Positions 50,506 through 64,000 of a stretch of DNA of 64,000 bases are shown piece after piece. Each line of letters opens with the position of its first letter. Within the stretch, counting starts at the first letter, position 1. The position numbers and the translations under genes were made by a program. This stretch comes from Octopus sinensis (Eukaryota), in assembly GCF_006345805.1 (NCBI RefSeq), contig NC_043004.1, positions 99,634,001 to 99,698,000 on the forward strand, in the 5' to 3' direction. The notes beneath the pieces were generated by a model, which was not told where the DNA came from, did not search any database, and saw only the letters and a program-made list of their open reading frames with translations.

Positions 50506-50619
50506 TGAATCCTTGGCATCATGTTTTTATTTTGATTAATTTACTCCACCACCTACACCACCAAACGGTATATACAGGTGCTTACAATTATCAAGTACTC
50601 ACCCCGAATTTCTATATAT

Positions 50620-50838
50620 ACTCTTTATCTTTTATTAAACTTTTAATACTTTTGATATATATTTAAAATAATATAAATTAAATTAATTTTATGTATTGGC
50701 TTGTTTTTCATTGTTTGATTTGCCTAATAGTGGTTTTATCTCTAATTTAATATATAATATAATATATTTATACTATAAAATTGGATTTAATCCTAAATCT
50801 GATTTTTCCCAGTAAGTTTGGATTTATTCCCTAATATT
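50620..50838 (+). repeat. Dispersed repeat module X
   Basis: TTTTATTAAACTTTTAATACTTTTGATAT...TTTGATTTGCCTAATAGTGGTTTTATCTCTAATT...GTAAGTTTGGATTTATTCCCTAATATT, near-identical to 15146-15495 apart from a low-complexity expansion. Confidence 0.9.
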
Positions 50839-50842
50839 TTAT

Positions 50843-50891
<49 letters not shown>

Positions 50892-50900
50892 ATATATATA

Positions 50901-51006
<106 letters not shown>

Positions 51007-51063
51007 ATATATATATATATATATTATATATATATATATCTATATATATATATACTATATATA

Positions 51064-51111
<48 letters not shown>

Positions 51112-51167
51112 ACGACTAAATAACAACTCCAGCTGTGTATATCTAAACTCTGGGAGATGAGATATAA

Positions 51168-51480
51168 CTACTTTCTACGTGTATTCTTATTTAGCACGGG
51201 ATGTTTCATTTATGAGGACGTAGTACTGTATTTGTCTGAGTGTTCGGTCCATCGGGTGCTTGGATAAAATGCGTATATCAAATTGACCTAGTGTGACTCC
51301 ATGCTGGTCTTTGGCATATTGGTTAAGTATGGAGGACTGTTTTTTTGTCGCCATATTGTCTCAAATGTTCACTTAATCTCTCCACAATGCTTCTCGATAT
51401 CATGTTTTTGCCTTTACAAGCACCCTCTGTACACCCTATGCTGTAGACTACATTTCTAATTCTATATTTAATGCTAGGTT
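51168..51480 (-). mobile_element. Penelope-like element GIY-YIG endonuclease remnant
   Basis: NVVYSIGCTEGACKGKNMISRSIVERLSEH...SSILNQY...FDIRILSK...INE..PVLNK (two frameshifts) fits the PLE pattern NVVYxIxC...RxLxxRLxEH...PxLN. Confidence 0.75.
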
Positions 51481-51488
51481 TAATCGTG

Positions 51489-51546
<58 letters not shown>

Positions 51547-52089
51547 GCGTGTGTATATATACATATATATATGTATATATATTTATATATGTGTATATAC
51601 ATATATATGTATACGTATATATATATATATATATACACTAGTGTGTGTATGTATAAATATTAAAGAGTGCGAGTTTATGTGTACACATGTGTATGAATGT
51701 GTGTGTAATTCTATTTATGTAATCTCGGCTGCTTGAGTGCTACGTCTTTTTGGCAGTTTTGTCTCTATAGAAGTGACAAACCCTTTGAATATCTCTAGAA
51801 GATGATGTTAGAACCACTGGCTGGCTCATGATATCTCATACTATAAGGAGTATACTTTCATCGTCTTCCTGTTCGAGAGGTATAATAGCAATGAATGTAA
51901 AAACTATTGAATGTTCTTCATTTTCCTCTTTGCTGAAAGTGAAGAAATCCTACTGTACAAAGCATGGTTTAATTTTCTGAGTGAAGAAATGAGTTATCTA
52001 TATCTAAAATTCACTGTTCTTTCAGAAGAGGGAGAAGAAAGGATATAATGTTTATAGTTCTCTAGATTCAAGAATAACCAATGAAAAAG

Positions 52090-52600
52090 AAAATCTCTTC
52101 ATTGATATAACGTAGGCAACAGAAACGATGGAGCGAAAAACATGCAGCAGAAAAGCAGAATATTTGGATGCGCAGGAATTTCTCTCTTATAGAGTTCCCA
52201 CTCATGGATTCTGCACAGTTTGATGTTACAGTTCTAGACAAACTAATATTATTTCCGTTGTAATTGTTATGGATGCTCGAGGAGTTATACTCCACTTCCA
52301 ACGAAGCGACATACATCAAAGACACGATCTGATGCCTACGCTGTTTAATGTGTGAGACATCTATACGGAAATTAATATCACGCACAACTTAATAGCAGAA
52401 ATGCAGATCGCTGAGGATTGTGACTTTGTGTCCCCATAGCGCAGAAGAAATGAAAAGCTTCGTGGATAGTTGTGGCAGTGAAACTGCAAACTTCTGTTTG
52501 AATATTAATATTTGGAAGTTCTTTATAAGCCAAGCAAAGGCACGGCTATAGGTAAACATTCTAAGTGTATTATCGTCGAAATAATTTATCTAACGTATGA
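52090..52600 (+). mobile_element. Degraded RTE-clade LINE reverse transcriptase fragment
   Basis: LMPTLFNV for VLAPTLF, IAEDC for FADDC at 52407, HSAEEMKSFVD...FCLNIN. Confidence 0.6.
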
Positions 52601-53682
52601 GAGGGGTGCAACCAGTAATCATGTTAAGTTCAATAATTAACTAAATCGTAAAATTAGCAAGGTCAACCCGGTATTCAAAAGCTAAGGAAGCAGCTGTTTA
52701 TAAACGAAAACAAGTTTTTAAAAATTATTTGTATTTAGGATGAGATAGCCAAGGAAAATCATGACTATAAGTAACAAAAATAAATACAAGAGTATCTGCA
52801 AAGTGAAAACATGCTTGCCCCCATCTGTAGATTCAGATCATGAGGATAATTTTTTGTGCAACAACAGTCGTTAATTTTCGTATAGGCTCCGCTTGAGTTG
52901 AATTCCTACAAAGGTCATCGATACTTTTCCTCCATCCAGATTCGATAAATAAATTACCAATCAATTTCTGTTGTTGATGGTATCGAAAAACCCTCCTTTT
53001 GAACATGTGAACGTGTTACTTTTCACTAGACGGGAGATTATGCCTCGGGAGTTACGGCAGGTAGTGCATTGACGTTAGGTAGTTTACTGTCTATAGGATT
53101 TCACTATACTTTACCACTATACCAAGTGGCGAGATCACGAATTCTATGATACCAGCTTAATTTCTAGATTATGTGTCAACAATAGTTGTATGGTGTAATT
53201 TTAGACCCATGATTATTGACCGCGTTGGTAGGGGAAATATGGTTAAATAAGGGTAAATATATAATGCAAATGTATGTAAACCAGCTAGGGCTAGTGTGCT
53301 ACTTCCCTGTTATCACCGATGGTTTGTTAACAAATCGCTTCTTTTGGGATAAAATTAGGATAGCTTGGATTTCCTCTTCATGGAAACTATAGGTTATAAA
53401 ACTTATGCAGATTTTCAAGGAGGCAGTATAGGTTATGACCAATTCTAAGGAACAGAACAGGGGCCCTGTTATGGGTTCTCTATCTAACGATATTGAATGC
53501 GTATCCGTGGATCCGGAGTTTTCGAAAACAATCGGAACAGTTATATAGTGTTATATACTCATGTATAAGACATTTTAAAACTCACCTACAATTCGTTTTA
53601 AACTGAATCTTAGAATACAAGCACATTCCTCTTCGAACGTTTATGTACATTCGTCGAGTTATATTTTCATTATATACACACC

Positions 53683-53720
<38 letters not shown>

Positions 53721-53810
53721 ACATATATATATATATATAATATATATATATATATACACGCACACACACACACGCACATAAATATACAGATATACACACA
53801 GTGGTATATA

Positions 53811-53856
<46 letters not shown>

Positions 53857-54306
53857 CGTGTGTGTGTGTGTGTGAGTGTGTGAGTGAGTGTGTGTGTATC
53901 TATGTACTTACATATCTAAACACACACACACATATATATATATATATACACATATATATACAAACAGTAAGTTACTATTTATAAAACCAAGTATACATAT
54001 ATATATATATATATATATATGTATATTTATTTACACGAACACACATATATGTGCACTAGTGTGTGTTCGTGTATATATGCGTGTTGCGTGTCTCAGAGAA
54101 AGATGTTTAAATATACACAATGTCGTTGCTGCCATTTTTGTACTTCTCTTATTAAAGGTATGTCAAGTGTAAAAAGTCATCGAACGACTTGAAAGTGGAA
54201 GTGTATAAGTACAATATAACAAAATTATCCAATGCGGAACTAAAATCAAAGAATTCGGTTTGTAAAAGAATTTCCTCCTCCTTTCCCTTTCCCCTTCCTC
54301 ATTCCT

Positions 54307-54339
<33 letters not shown>

Positions 54340-55261
54340 TATAAACATACTTGTGTGTCTGTGTGCATGTGTGCGTGTTTGTGCGTATGTGTGTGTGTGT
54401 GTGTGTGATAATGTTAGATTTTATTTAAGAAGTCTCTCTATTCTTGGAACGTAAACAATGTCTGCTTAATGAATAGTTCAATGGATTCCTTTTCTTAAAG
54501 CTAGTTCATTAGACTTACAAATTTATCACCTGCGACATTTCATTGTAAGGTATATCTATATTTGCAAATTGTGACGTAGGCAAAGTAGAAAATAACGCTA
54601 ACATACACACACATACACGCACATACATACATATATGTAAATTTTATACATATAAGTATATCTGCATGTGTGTGTACACATACAGAACTCATAAGATATA
54701 TATTTTTGTATATAGTTTTACATATAGTTGTATTATTATATTTACTGTTAAAGTTATAGTTTACAATTTGCAAAATTGTCTGAGTTCTCGAAAGAACGCT
54801 GTGAGAGCTAATGGAAGATATATGATATAAATTATTATACATTTATATATGTGTCAAAATGTATGCGTCAAGAAATAGCAAACGCAACGAATGAAGGAAA
54901 TCTATGAATGCGTTAAACATAGTTGCAGACAGAAATAAAACCATTGTTCATTGCAAATGGAGGTAAACAGAACTGGTAAAACCATAATTTACACATTTGG
55001 CATAAATTACATTTTTAAAATACCGAATACAACTTATCAATCATGCAAAGAGAAGATAACTTATACCAGAAATTTCGGTTGAACATCATGAGACATTTGC
55101 AAATTGGAAATGAGAGGTTGCGGTATATAGTTAGGATATATTCGTAATTTACACATTAGTATATACAGAACAACAGAATTTTGAACAATCTCTCTCTCAT
55201 TCTATATCTCTTTCTCACTCACCCTTCCTCACTCACTCTGTATGTCTGTCTGTCTGTCTCT

Positions 55262-56720
55262 GTCTATCTATCTCTTTAGGCGCCATGTCTAGAACATTGG
55301 GCAGAGACGATCATCTTCTGCCACAATTCTCTGGTCTTTGTTGTCTACAACAGTTTTATTTCCTGATGTTTAATGCATCTGTCTTCTAAACGGTACGTTT
55401 AATCTTTCCGGTTATTGCTTAATTGCCCAGGCCTTCTTGCTTGGCCCATATTCCTCGGGGCAGTTTACTATTTACTGCAGCACGGGTCATCATTATCTCA
55501 TTACAAACTTCTCCCGCTCATGCTATTGTCAGTATTCCCCCTAAGAACCCCATTTCACAGCTCTCCAAGCGCATTCACAGACAGATCTTCGTCTTGATGT
55601 TCAAAGTCCGATTTCTCAAGACGTTATTCAATTTTGAAAAAGTAGATTTTGCCAGCACTATTCATCTTTGATCTCCCGCACATATCTTGTGACTTCTATG
55701 ATCAAAGTTCCAAGATAATTGACGGATGATATCTGCTTAATGATTTGATAGTTCACTTTCTGCGAGCCTTCTATTCTAATACATTTTTCCTTCTCTCGTT
55801 CTCCTATGATCAATTCCCTATAGTAATTGAAGAGATTTGGTGACATATCACCAATTTCTCTAACCACTCTCTTAGTGCTAGTGTATCCGTTGCATTTTCC
55901 ACGCAAATCTATGCATGTTGATTGCTGATTGGTTCCAGTACAGCCTCTACAGGATTCCGAGTACTTTCCCATGGAGATCAAGATTTCTGAGTTCTTCAAA
56001 TAACATGTCGTGTCTTACTTTCTCGAAGGTCTGTGTGCAGTCTATGAAACACATGAAGACGTTGTTTTACATGTCTACCGCCTACTCAGTTATCATTCTC
56101 AATTCACAAATAATATTTCTAGTACCAGCACTCTTTACAAAGCTAAATTGTTTAATTTTAATCTCAGGTGTTATTCTGCTTCTTGCTCACGGAAGTAAAA
56201 TTCTCAAAATGAACTTTGTAACGTGACACATGAGACTAATCGTGCAATGTTGCTCATAGTCAACTGCTCCCGATTTCTTCGGCAGTGCAATAAAGAATGG
56301 TTTACTCAGATCTTCTGGAAGTTTCCCATCGTCATAGGTCTTGTTCAGTCATGTTTCAAATTCCATATTCTTACTGTTTATATTATCTCAATGACAATTG
56401 CGTCTGGCCCAGCAGCTTTGATTTTCCTCATCATTTTTATGACTGCCTATACTTCAGAGGCAGGATATGTGGCTCCTCATTAGAGTCAGGAAAAGTAGGC
56501 AATGAAATAATGACATTTATGCACTATCCATCTATTCAAAATGTCAATGTTCTTAACTACCATGGTACCATCCTTTGCTCTGTTCCACCCGAAGTTTGAG
56601 CATCCTGATTTTTGCCATATATTTTTTTATGTACTTTGTATCCTATCGGAAATTGCCTTTCTCTTCAACCATTCACACGTTTCATTTAACCAGTTTCAAT
56701 GATACAAAGTTAGATTCCTA
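55262..56720 (-). mobile_element. 5'-truncated, degraded RTE-clade LINE
   Basis: RT remnant ...GDMSPNLFNYY...VNYLG with the YADD block apparently deleted; ends WQKMIVSAQCSRHGA* (stop 55276-55278) followed by a GATA/GACA tail. Confidence 0.8.
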
Positions 56721-57308
56721 CTACTGTTTCAAAATGCATAATGCATAAAATAAAATCTTTTTCTGTAAATATACTTTTTAATATTTGTATATCGTTGAAA
56801 AAACAGAAGGTGCAGTTGATTTCCCGATAAAGATCCCCTTATACTTCACTGCTAATCGAAAGCCATTCAATCCAGATTGATACTCAATTGACAGATGCGC
56901 ATTTCGCCGTTTTCAGCAGTTTACAATGTCACGCATACGTGTCACTCCGACACAATTTTACCTCGGCTCCTCTGAAATATAAAGAATCAGTGAATAAACG
57001 AATAACTGGTTTGATGTGATTTTAAATAGTTCTTTTATGAAATAATACTTCACGTATTCTTGTCTAAAATAAGGTAGTATATAGAGTGGGAACTAAACTT
57101 CAAACTGAAAATTATAGAGAATAGGTGACTTGAGAGATTCTGATGAGAACGTGCGTTTGTACGAATGTATGGCTTTTGTATATCTGTATCTACCGACGTA
57201 CATATGTGCAAGTAACTAGGTGTGTCTATGCGTATGTATATTGTGCGCACCCACACAATGTACTTATATATGAGCATATATAAGACTACATAAATATGAG
57301 TATATATA

Positions 57309-57395
57309 TGTGGAGGCGCTTGGCTTAGTGTTTAGGGTGTCAGCATCATGATCGTAAGATTGTGGTTTCGATTCCTGGACCGAGCGACGCGTTTT
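57309..57395 (+). mobile_element. CORE-type SINE head, 3'-truncated
   Basis: TGTGGAGGCGCTTGGCTTAGTGTTTAGGGTGTCAGCATCATGATCGTAAGATTGTGGTTTCGATTCCTGGACCG, same head as 636-878. Confidence 0.8.
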
Positions 57396-57754
57396 GTTCT
57401 TGATCTGTCCATCGTGAGTGCAACAATCTATATATGCATATATATACGTGCATATGTATATACATACATATTTATACATACACACACACAATCATTATAT
57501 ATATATATATCTATTATATATATATAATATAATATATATATATATATAAATACAGGTAGGTAAGCATTGTCACAGTTTTTCATATAGCAGGCAACAATGA
57601 TCATCGTATCTCAATATGATTGATGGAAAGTGCAGAAACTTACATAATAGTTCGTTGATGGGATGATTCCAATTTCGGCAACGTGAATTAACGGGTTTGT
57701 CATTGTTGGCAGAACGCAGAAAGATGTTGAAATTCTTTGGACAGACAGACAGAC

Positions 57755-57758
57755 AAAC

Positions 57759-57826
<68 letters not shown>
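57755..57826. repeat. (GATA)n microsatellite
   Basis: Directly visible; a second (GATA)n lies at about 59765-59875. Confidence 0.95.
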
Positions 57827-59774
57827 TATAGATAGTGTGAGTGAGTGGTAGGCATGAAATGAAACTGTTTTAGCTATCTTATGTTTCTGACATAAATACT
57901 TTTTTCAACTTAACTTTTAGTTACCCCTTTATACACTTACAGTTTGTTTCAACATTTCTACATCCCTTCTTACCTGAGGGTTGTTCACCAACATTGAACA
58001 TTCTACTTAGTAACGCATATGAAATCGTATAAATCGTGAACGCTTCCATATTTTTTCATAGTTTCGTTACTATGTACTTCCGCTCATCCCCGCTATAAAC
58101 GTTATGTAATTTTGCTCGTCTCCGATCTAATATTTTTATATGTAGAAACTGTATTAAAAAAGGCTAAGTGCATTATGGTGATTCAGTGCTTCAAATATAC
58201 TTTGCTTTCTTAATTGCGATCGTTTCTTGTACTTCATCTTATTATATACAGTTTTGCAATCAGAATGTGTTGCATTTCTGCACTGCTTCGTAATATACTC
58301 TCTGCCAGCTATTGTTATTTATCTCTAAAATAAAGCTTACCAAAGAACAAAATTGCTTGAAACCATAACAAACCTATGTTAGACACATCTATTTTAACTG
58401 AGATTATTTTAGCCAATTCCTGTATTTTATTGGCAGGTGGGATTTGATTGATATTTGGCTGCTATTTTTGTCGCTGCGACATAAATCAAAGGCAAATATT
58501 GGTATCAATAAATCAGAGCTGAATAAACACACCTTCATCTATGAATTCAGCTAGTATCAAGTTACTTTCTCACCACGAGATGGATTGAACCGTTGTCAGC
58601 TAAATAGATTTCTACATCATTGGTGATGACAAGGCGACAGTCTCCTAACTGTTTCGCTAATAATCTCTCAATATCTTAGATTTAGAAATCTGCTTACCTC
58701 AGACGTCTGCATGGAGCTGAGTATTTCATGACAACACTCGGAAATGAAAGAAGTAATAATTCGCTAATAAATGAATAAATGAATAAATAAACCTAAAGCT
58801 AAATTCTGCGTTTAGCTTTACATAAATAAAACCCTCTCCTATTGTCAAGGAAAACAATAATGTATTTAAAAACAAATAGATCTAGAAATAATATATATTA
58901 TACAAAACAGAAAGATAATAAGTTTACATTATCAATATTGTCTTCATTTCATTCCTTTCAATCTATTTATTCCACTGAAAGCTGCAAGACTTAATATTCT
59001 CTCATAAATTTAGGTTTGCCAGTCGTCTGGTATACTAGCAATATAGCTTGTTCACTTTATATGCTTTGCTCTTTGTCTCGTTTGTTCATTATCCACTTTA
59101 TATATTCAGAATATTTTCATGATACTTTCATGGCCTGTTTTTACCCCTGTTTTTTCCCCAGTGTTTGGTTATTATCAATATTTTTACTGATAATATTTTT
59201 TCAATGTTATTTCCTTGAAGTCTTCGATGTCGAGTGTGTTCACAGTCTGTTGTGTTTTGTATCCAGGTTGTTCACTGACAGTTTTTTAAAAAGTTAATAC
59301 AGTTAGTTTGTTCATGTTTATTGTCATTAATATCCATGTGCTCTATGCCAGATATCTTCTACATATTCCTTTCAGTCAGTGTGTTTATTGTTTGTATTTT
59401 CATTGTCACTTTGTTAACTGTTAGCATGTTGACGGTTAGCGTCACAAAAAAAAGCTCAAACGCTCATTAAGTCTGTTTGTGTTTAGTTTGATCTCTAGGC
59501 CTACTTTGTTAAGCATATATTTGCTCGCTTCTTGGTATCTTGTCTGATATAGATTCTCTATTAATTAAACTAATTTGATACGTAAAAACGTTCCTATGAA
59601 TTATTTTCATTCATAAATATTTCTCGACTTTCTTTGTAAAACTTGTGTATTTTCTTCATGCTTGTGTGTTTTTGGCCTATTAAAAATTTTATATTCTGTC
59701 AGTATATTTTCTTTGGTTTAGGGTCGTACTTGTGAGTATATTTGCTTTATTGATTTGTATGCATATAGATAGAT

Positions 59775-59875
<101 letters not shown>

Positions 59876-59897
59876 CACACATGCATATATAAATATA

Positions 59898-61045
59898 TAG
59901 GGTGCGTAAGATATTTGAGGACAGATTTATGTGTATAAATGAGCAGATATATAATAACAGATAATAACTTTATCAAAAAGTACTATGAGGATAAAAATAA
60001 ACCTTTTCTATAATGTTATTCAATAAAGCCACCTTCAGCTTCAACAACAGCTTCTATAATAGAACTAATTCATCTACATGCTCGAATTAAGTGGTCCTGG
60101 TTCATTTTGGACATTACTCTGACTATGGCACCTTTCAAAGAATCTTTGGTGTTATGGGCGTCTTCATTAACCTCTCTCTCAACAATGCTCCACATGTAAT
60201 AGTCCGTTCGAGATCTGGAGAATTAGAAGGCCAATTGTTAAGGATTATGTGACCATCAAAATTTTCAGGCATCCATTCCTGTGTTACTAGAGCTATGTGT
60301 GATAGTGCAGAGTCCTACTGAAACAAATATGACCTATTGCATACAATGTCTATCCAGAGCTTAGCACTTGTTTCCAGGACCTTAATGTAGGCGGCAGAGT
60401 TAACTCTAAGGCCTTGTCGAAAAAAGTAAGGCGGCATCACATGTCCTTCATTGCTGACAACCTCTAAAACCATGACAGTTGCAGGAAATTTTGTACGCAT
60501 AACACTTAGAACTTCATAAGAGTCTGCACATAACCATCTGTCATTTCTTCTGTTAACTTTGGTTTGTTATCTTTTGCTTTTTCTGACAAATTGACCTTTG
60601 CCCATTATATAAGACGTATATCTGATGTTTTCGTGAACAACCTTTCTGACTGTTCCTTCTGACACATGGAGATCTTTTGCAATTGACTTCATGCAATTCT
60701 GGGATTGTAATCAATGTCTGTTGAATTTGCTGGATAAATTCAAGAGTTCTGATTTCAGAACGTTTAGAATGCATTTTATGCTTTGATAATAGTGATACCT
60801 TTCCATCTTCAGTCTCCAACTGCTTACAAACACTGTAGACGAAAGATCTGGCAACTTTTAAAAATCGAGTTATTTCTAAATCGCTGTGCTCAACCTTTAT
60901 AACCACAAAAACAGTATGCTTCTTCATTTCTTGAGTAAGCCGAGGGTATGCTATTATTGTTTTCTGAAACAAAGATTGTACAGAGTTAACAAAAATTGCA
61001 GCAATACCCAAAAAATGTATGCCCTCAAATACCTTACGCCATGTG
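59898..61045 (-). mobile_element. Tc1/mariner DD37D (maT-like) transposon, near full length, inactivated
   Basis: TIR core GCGTAAG(A/G)TATTTGAGG(A/G)CA at both ends with TA flanks; transposase pieces MKKHTV... (ATG 60927), TKFPATVMVLEVVSNEGHVMPPYFF, FQQDS, WPSNSPDL, EAEGGFIE* (stop 60016-60018); frameshifted. Confidence 0.9.
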
Positions 61046-61051
61046 TATGTG

Positions 61052-61119
<68 letters not shown>

Positions 61120-61235
61120 TTGTATATATACATATATATCAATATCATCTATATATATGTATTTATATTTATATATATATATATACATATATATCATATA
61201 TCATATATATATATGTATATATTTTATATATATAT

Positions 61236-61271
<36 letters not shown>

Positions 61272-61280
61272 CATATATAT

Positions 61281-61379
<99 letters not shown>

Positions 61380-61380
61380 T
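61046..61380. repeat. (TA)n compound microsatellite
   Basis: Directly visible; abuts the transposon TA end. Confidence 0.97.
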
Positions 61381-62044
61381 ATGTACATATTTGTCTTATG
61401 CATGTCTATTCTACGCTAGTGAAAATATGTCCTTGAAACATAAGGGGAAAATATAGCCGTTGTTTTACGAATGTTGCGGTTTACTTTGGTATGGATATTG
61501 CTTATATTTTAGCTTTTGTTTTAATAACAGCTTTCGTTTCTTTCCTGTAATTGTTATTAACAGTATCATTATTTAGTTTACTTTTGTTTTAGTTGTCCAT
61601 ACTTTATATTGTTTTCGTGTTGGTGGTTGCAAAATATTATGCGATTATTGTTATTCAGCCTTTACAGTGTACCACTGTCGGTAATATTTATTCGATAATA
61701 ATGACTATGCAAGTGTTGGATTGCATATTTATAAATATATGGATATAACTTAGACCAGAATTTCAGCCAGTACCTTCTTCCAAATCGTTAATAATGAAAA
61801 CGATTTTATATGACATTGTCAGAATTTGTAATCTCCTTTCCGAACATTTTCTCATTATCTCCCTACGATTCATTTAATTATACACATCAATGATATTCTT
61901 ATCATTACAGAAATAAAATTCTATTCACCGTTATAGACTCTACTTGGTCTATTATGTCGGACTCCACAAGTTTGACATACATTAGTGTGGCGTAATCTCA
62001 AGTGTACGAATATGCAGTCTTCTTACGCTATATTTTCTGGAGAG

Positions 62045-62276
62045 TGGCGGCGAGCTGGCAGAAACGTTAGCACGCCGGCCGAAATGCGTGGCCGTATTTC
62101 GTCTGCCGTTACGTTCTGAGTTCAAATTCCGCCGAGGTCGACTTTGCCTTTCATCCTTTCGGGGTCGATAAATTAAGTACCAGTTGCGCACTGGGGTCGA
62201 TGTAATCGACTTAATCCGTTTGTCTGTCCTTGTTTGTCCTCTCTGTGTTTAGCCCCTTGTGAGTAGTAAAGAAATA
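62045..62276 (+). mobile_element. Family A SINE, young full-length copy
   Basis: Near-consensus; perfect 16-bp TSD TATATTTTCTGGAGAG at 62029-62044 and 62277-62292. Confidence 0.97.
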
Positions 62277-62949
62277 TATATTTTCTGGAGAGATTCTATG
62301 ATAGTAGAGAAATTTAACACAATAGATAAAGACTTATATGGAAACGGTGAGATGGCTGTAGTTCAACACTTAAGGGAACATAGTTTACACGCGTTTAGAA
62401 AGCCATTATTATCACCTTCAATAAGGTCAGCCTAAATATATCCATGTCCTAGAATCCGAGTATTTTCAATTTCATAAATGTATTCCTAAATTTAAACTGG
62501 GAGAATTATACGGAACATTGAACAAAAAAAGCGTCACACATTGCAAGTTATAGTATAGTTTTTAAAAGTCATATTGCTAGTATCAGTTGAAGTGTTTTAA
62601 TTGATCATCGAATTAAAAACAAAATCGTCCATAATGTCCGTAGTATATAAAAAAAAAGTGAAAGCTACCATATTTAAATATAAGATTACATAAAAAACAT
62701 TTTTCCCTCATCGACAGTAAGAAGTTCATCAGTTTCAGAATTCCTTCTTCCTCAATATTGTGTTTTATAATGCTAAAAACATTTCTAGTCTAGGCAAACA
62801 TTTCCCAGTTAACCATAGCTACAATATTTCTCTGAGTTACAACTGTACTGCCAATATTAAAGAGTTAGCAACATGTAAACGAAGGAAACGAACTCTGGCT
62901 AACTATGCATAGAGAAGTACAAACTTATGTCCTCTTAACCAAGCATGCG

Positions 62950-63330
62950 ACGTTGAATCAATTACATGTTTGGGTGTAACTACCTCCAACTAAACAAATA
63001 TTAACAATGTTCTTAAATGCCATGTGGATATATTTGTACAACGATACAGCCATTAGTTGTCTAGGAAATATGAAAAATACGTATGCAACAAATGTATCCA
63101 ATTATATCTGAAGCTTGAAAGAAACCGCTACTGATATTTGTATCAAGTGGAATTATAAATATGATGAAGATCTTGGCGAGTGGCTACAAGATTTACCAGG
63201 TTATTCATAGCTTGAAAGAAACTAAAATGTCTTTATAAATATGCGCACTTTAAAAATGTAATAGCAAAATTATTTCTCAAATACGCTGCTCCGAAGATTA
63301 TCTCCTGTAAAACTGCAAAATTAAATGCCT
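62950..63330 (+). pseudogene. Possible degraded coding fragment (hAT-transposase-like?)
   Basis: Long near-open frame ...DTAISCLGNMKNTY...*SLKETATDICIKWNYKYDEDLGEWLQDLP; only loose resemblance to hAT helical regions. Confidence 0.2.
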
Positions 63331-64000
63331 ACAAGATCGGATAGTGCCATTTTCAACTACATACTAGAATGACTCATACCCAGTCTACGACTCTAATTTG
63401 TTTTTATATTTACGGAATACCTAACAAAAATGTCATGCAAAACAATATAGCTGCCTGATTTCAACTCTAAATTTTTTAAATCAGTTCAAGATTCTCTCAT
63501 CTCTGAATAATTAACCAGGTCTGTCATAATTCAGGCTCTGCTACAATAAAGCAATAAAATTAGTGATCTCATTAAACTTCATGATATTATATATGCACTG
63601 ATACCTAATAATTTTGTATTCAAAGTATCGACACTCATTTCCATATAATCTATTTCTCCCAACTCCTTAGTCATATTATTTTTAAGACCTCTACTTTTAT
63701 ATTTGTTAAATTGTAGTAGTAGCACACTTTGTATTTCCCCAAGGGAGACAATTTCTTTTTAAGATGTTTATATGCAATGTATAATGAACCTTACAAGTTT
63801 TAAACTAAATTGCAGTAAGTTTTTTTAAATAGTTTCAAATTAACTGAATGTGAACCTTTTAGTTTAAACACTATATCTTATCAAAAAGAAGTCATGCCAG
63901 TAATAGATGTATGCGCATTTTGTTCGTATAAAAACCTATAAAATCACTTCGCATGCTTGTGTATATGTGTACATAAGTATGTATTTGTAAGAGTGTATGT

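Noticed and set aside
61400-61720. Second Penelope-type GIY-YIG remnant on the minus strand
   Set aside because: Only scattered VVxxKAE and LCF-like matches across several frames; cannot be distinguished from chance by eye.

Overview
AT-rich, microsatellite-dense eukaryotic DNA. The tRNA-derived SINE families and long (TA)n runs point to an octopus genome (inference from recalled repeat families, not a database search). No protein-coding gene can be confidently called, and nearly all ORFs in the supplied track are microsatellite artefacts. The window is a transposon graveyard: about 25 SINE copies or fragments from at least four families, LINE remnants (CR1/L2-like, two RTE, R4/Dong), a Penelope-like GIY-YIG remnant, a fossil Gypsy pol, two adjacent Helitrons, mariner and DD37D/maT transposons, and two long palindromes. 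Most interesting signals: (1) a hammerhead ribozyme with a complete catalytic core and an extended stem II (50428-50505) beside the Penelope remnant, plus five further hammerhead-like motifs, three from one family with a shared non-canonical core base; (2) two copies of one SINE family each flanked by a roughly 95-bp direct duplication; (3) that SINE shares its 3' tail and a covarying stem-loop with a LINE in the same window; (4) a possible cryptic multi-exon gene or pseudogene at 10719-11781 (-). Family labels A-D and module X are my own working names.
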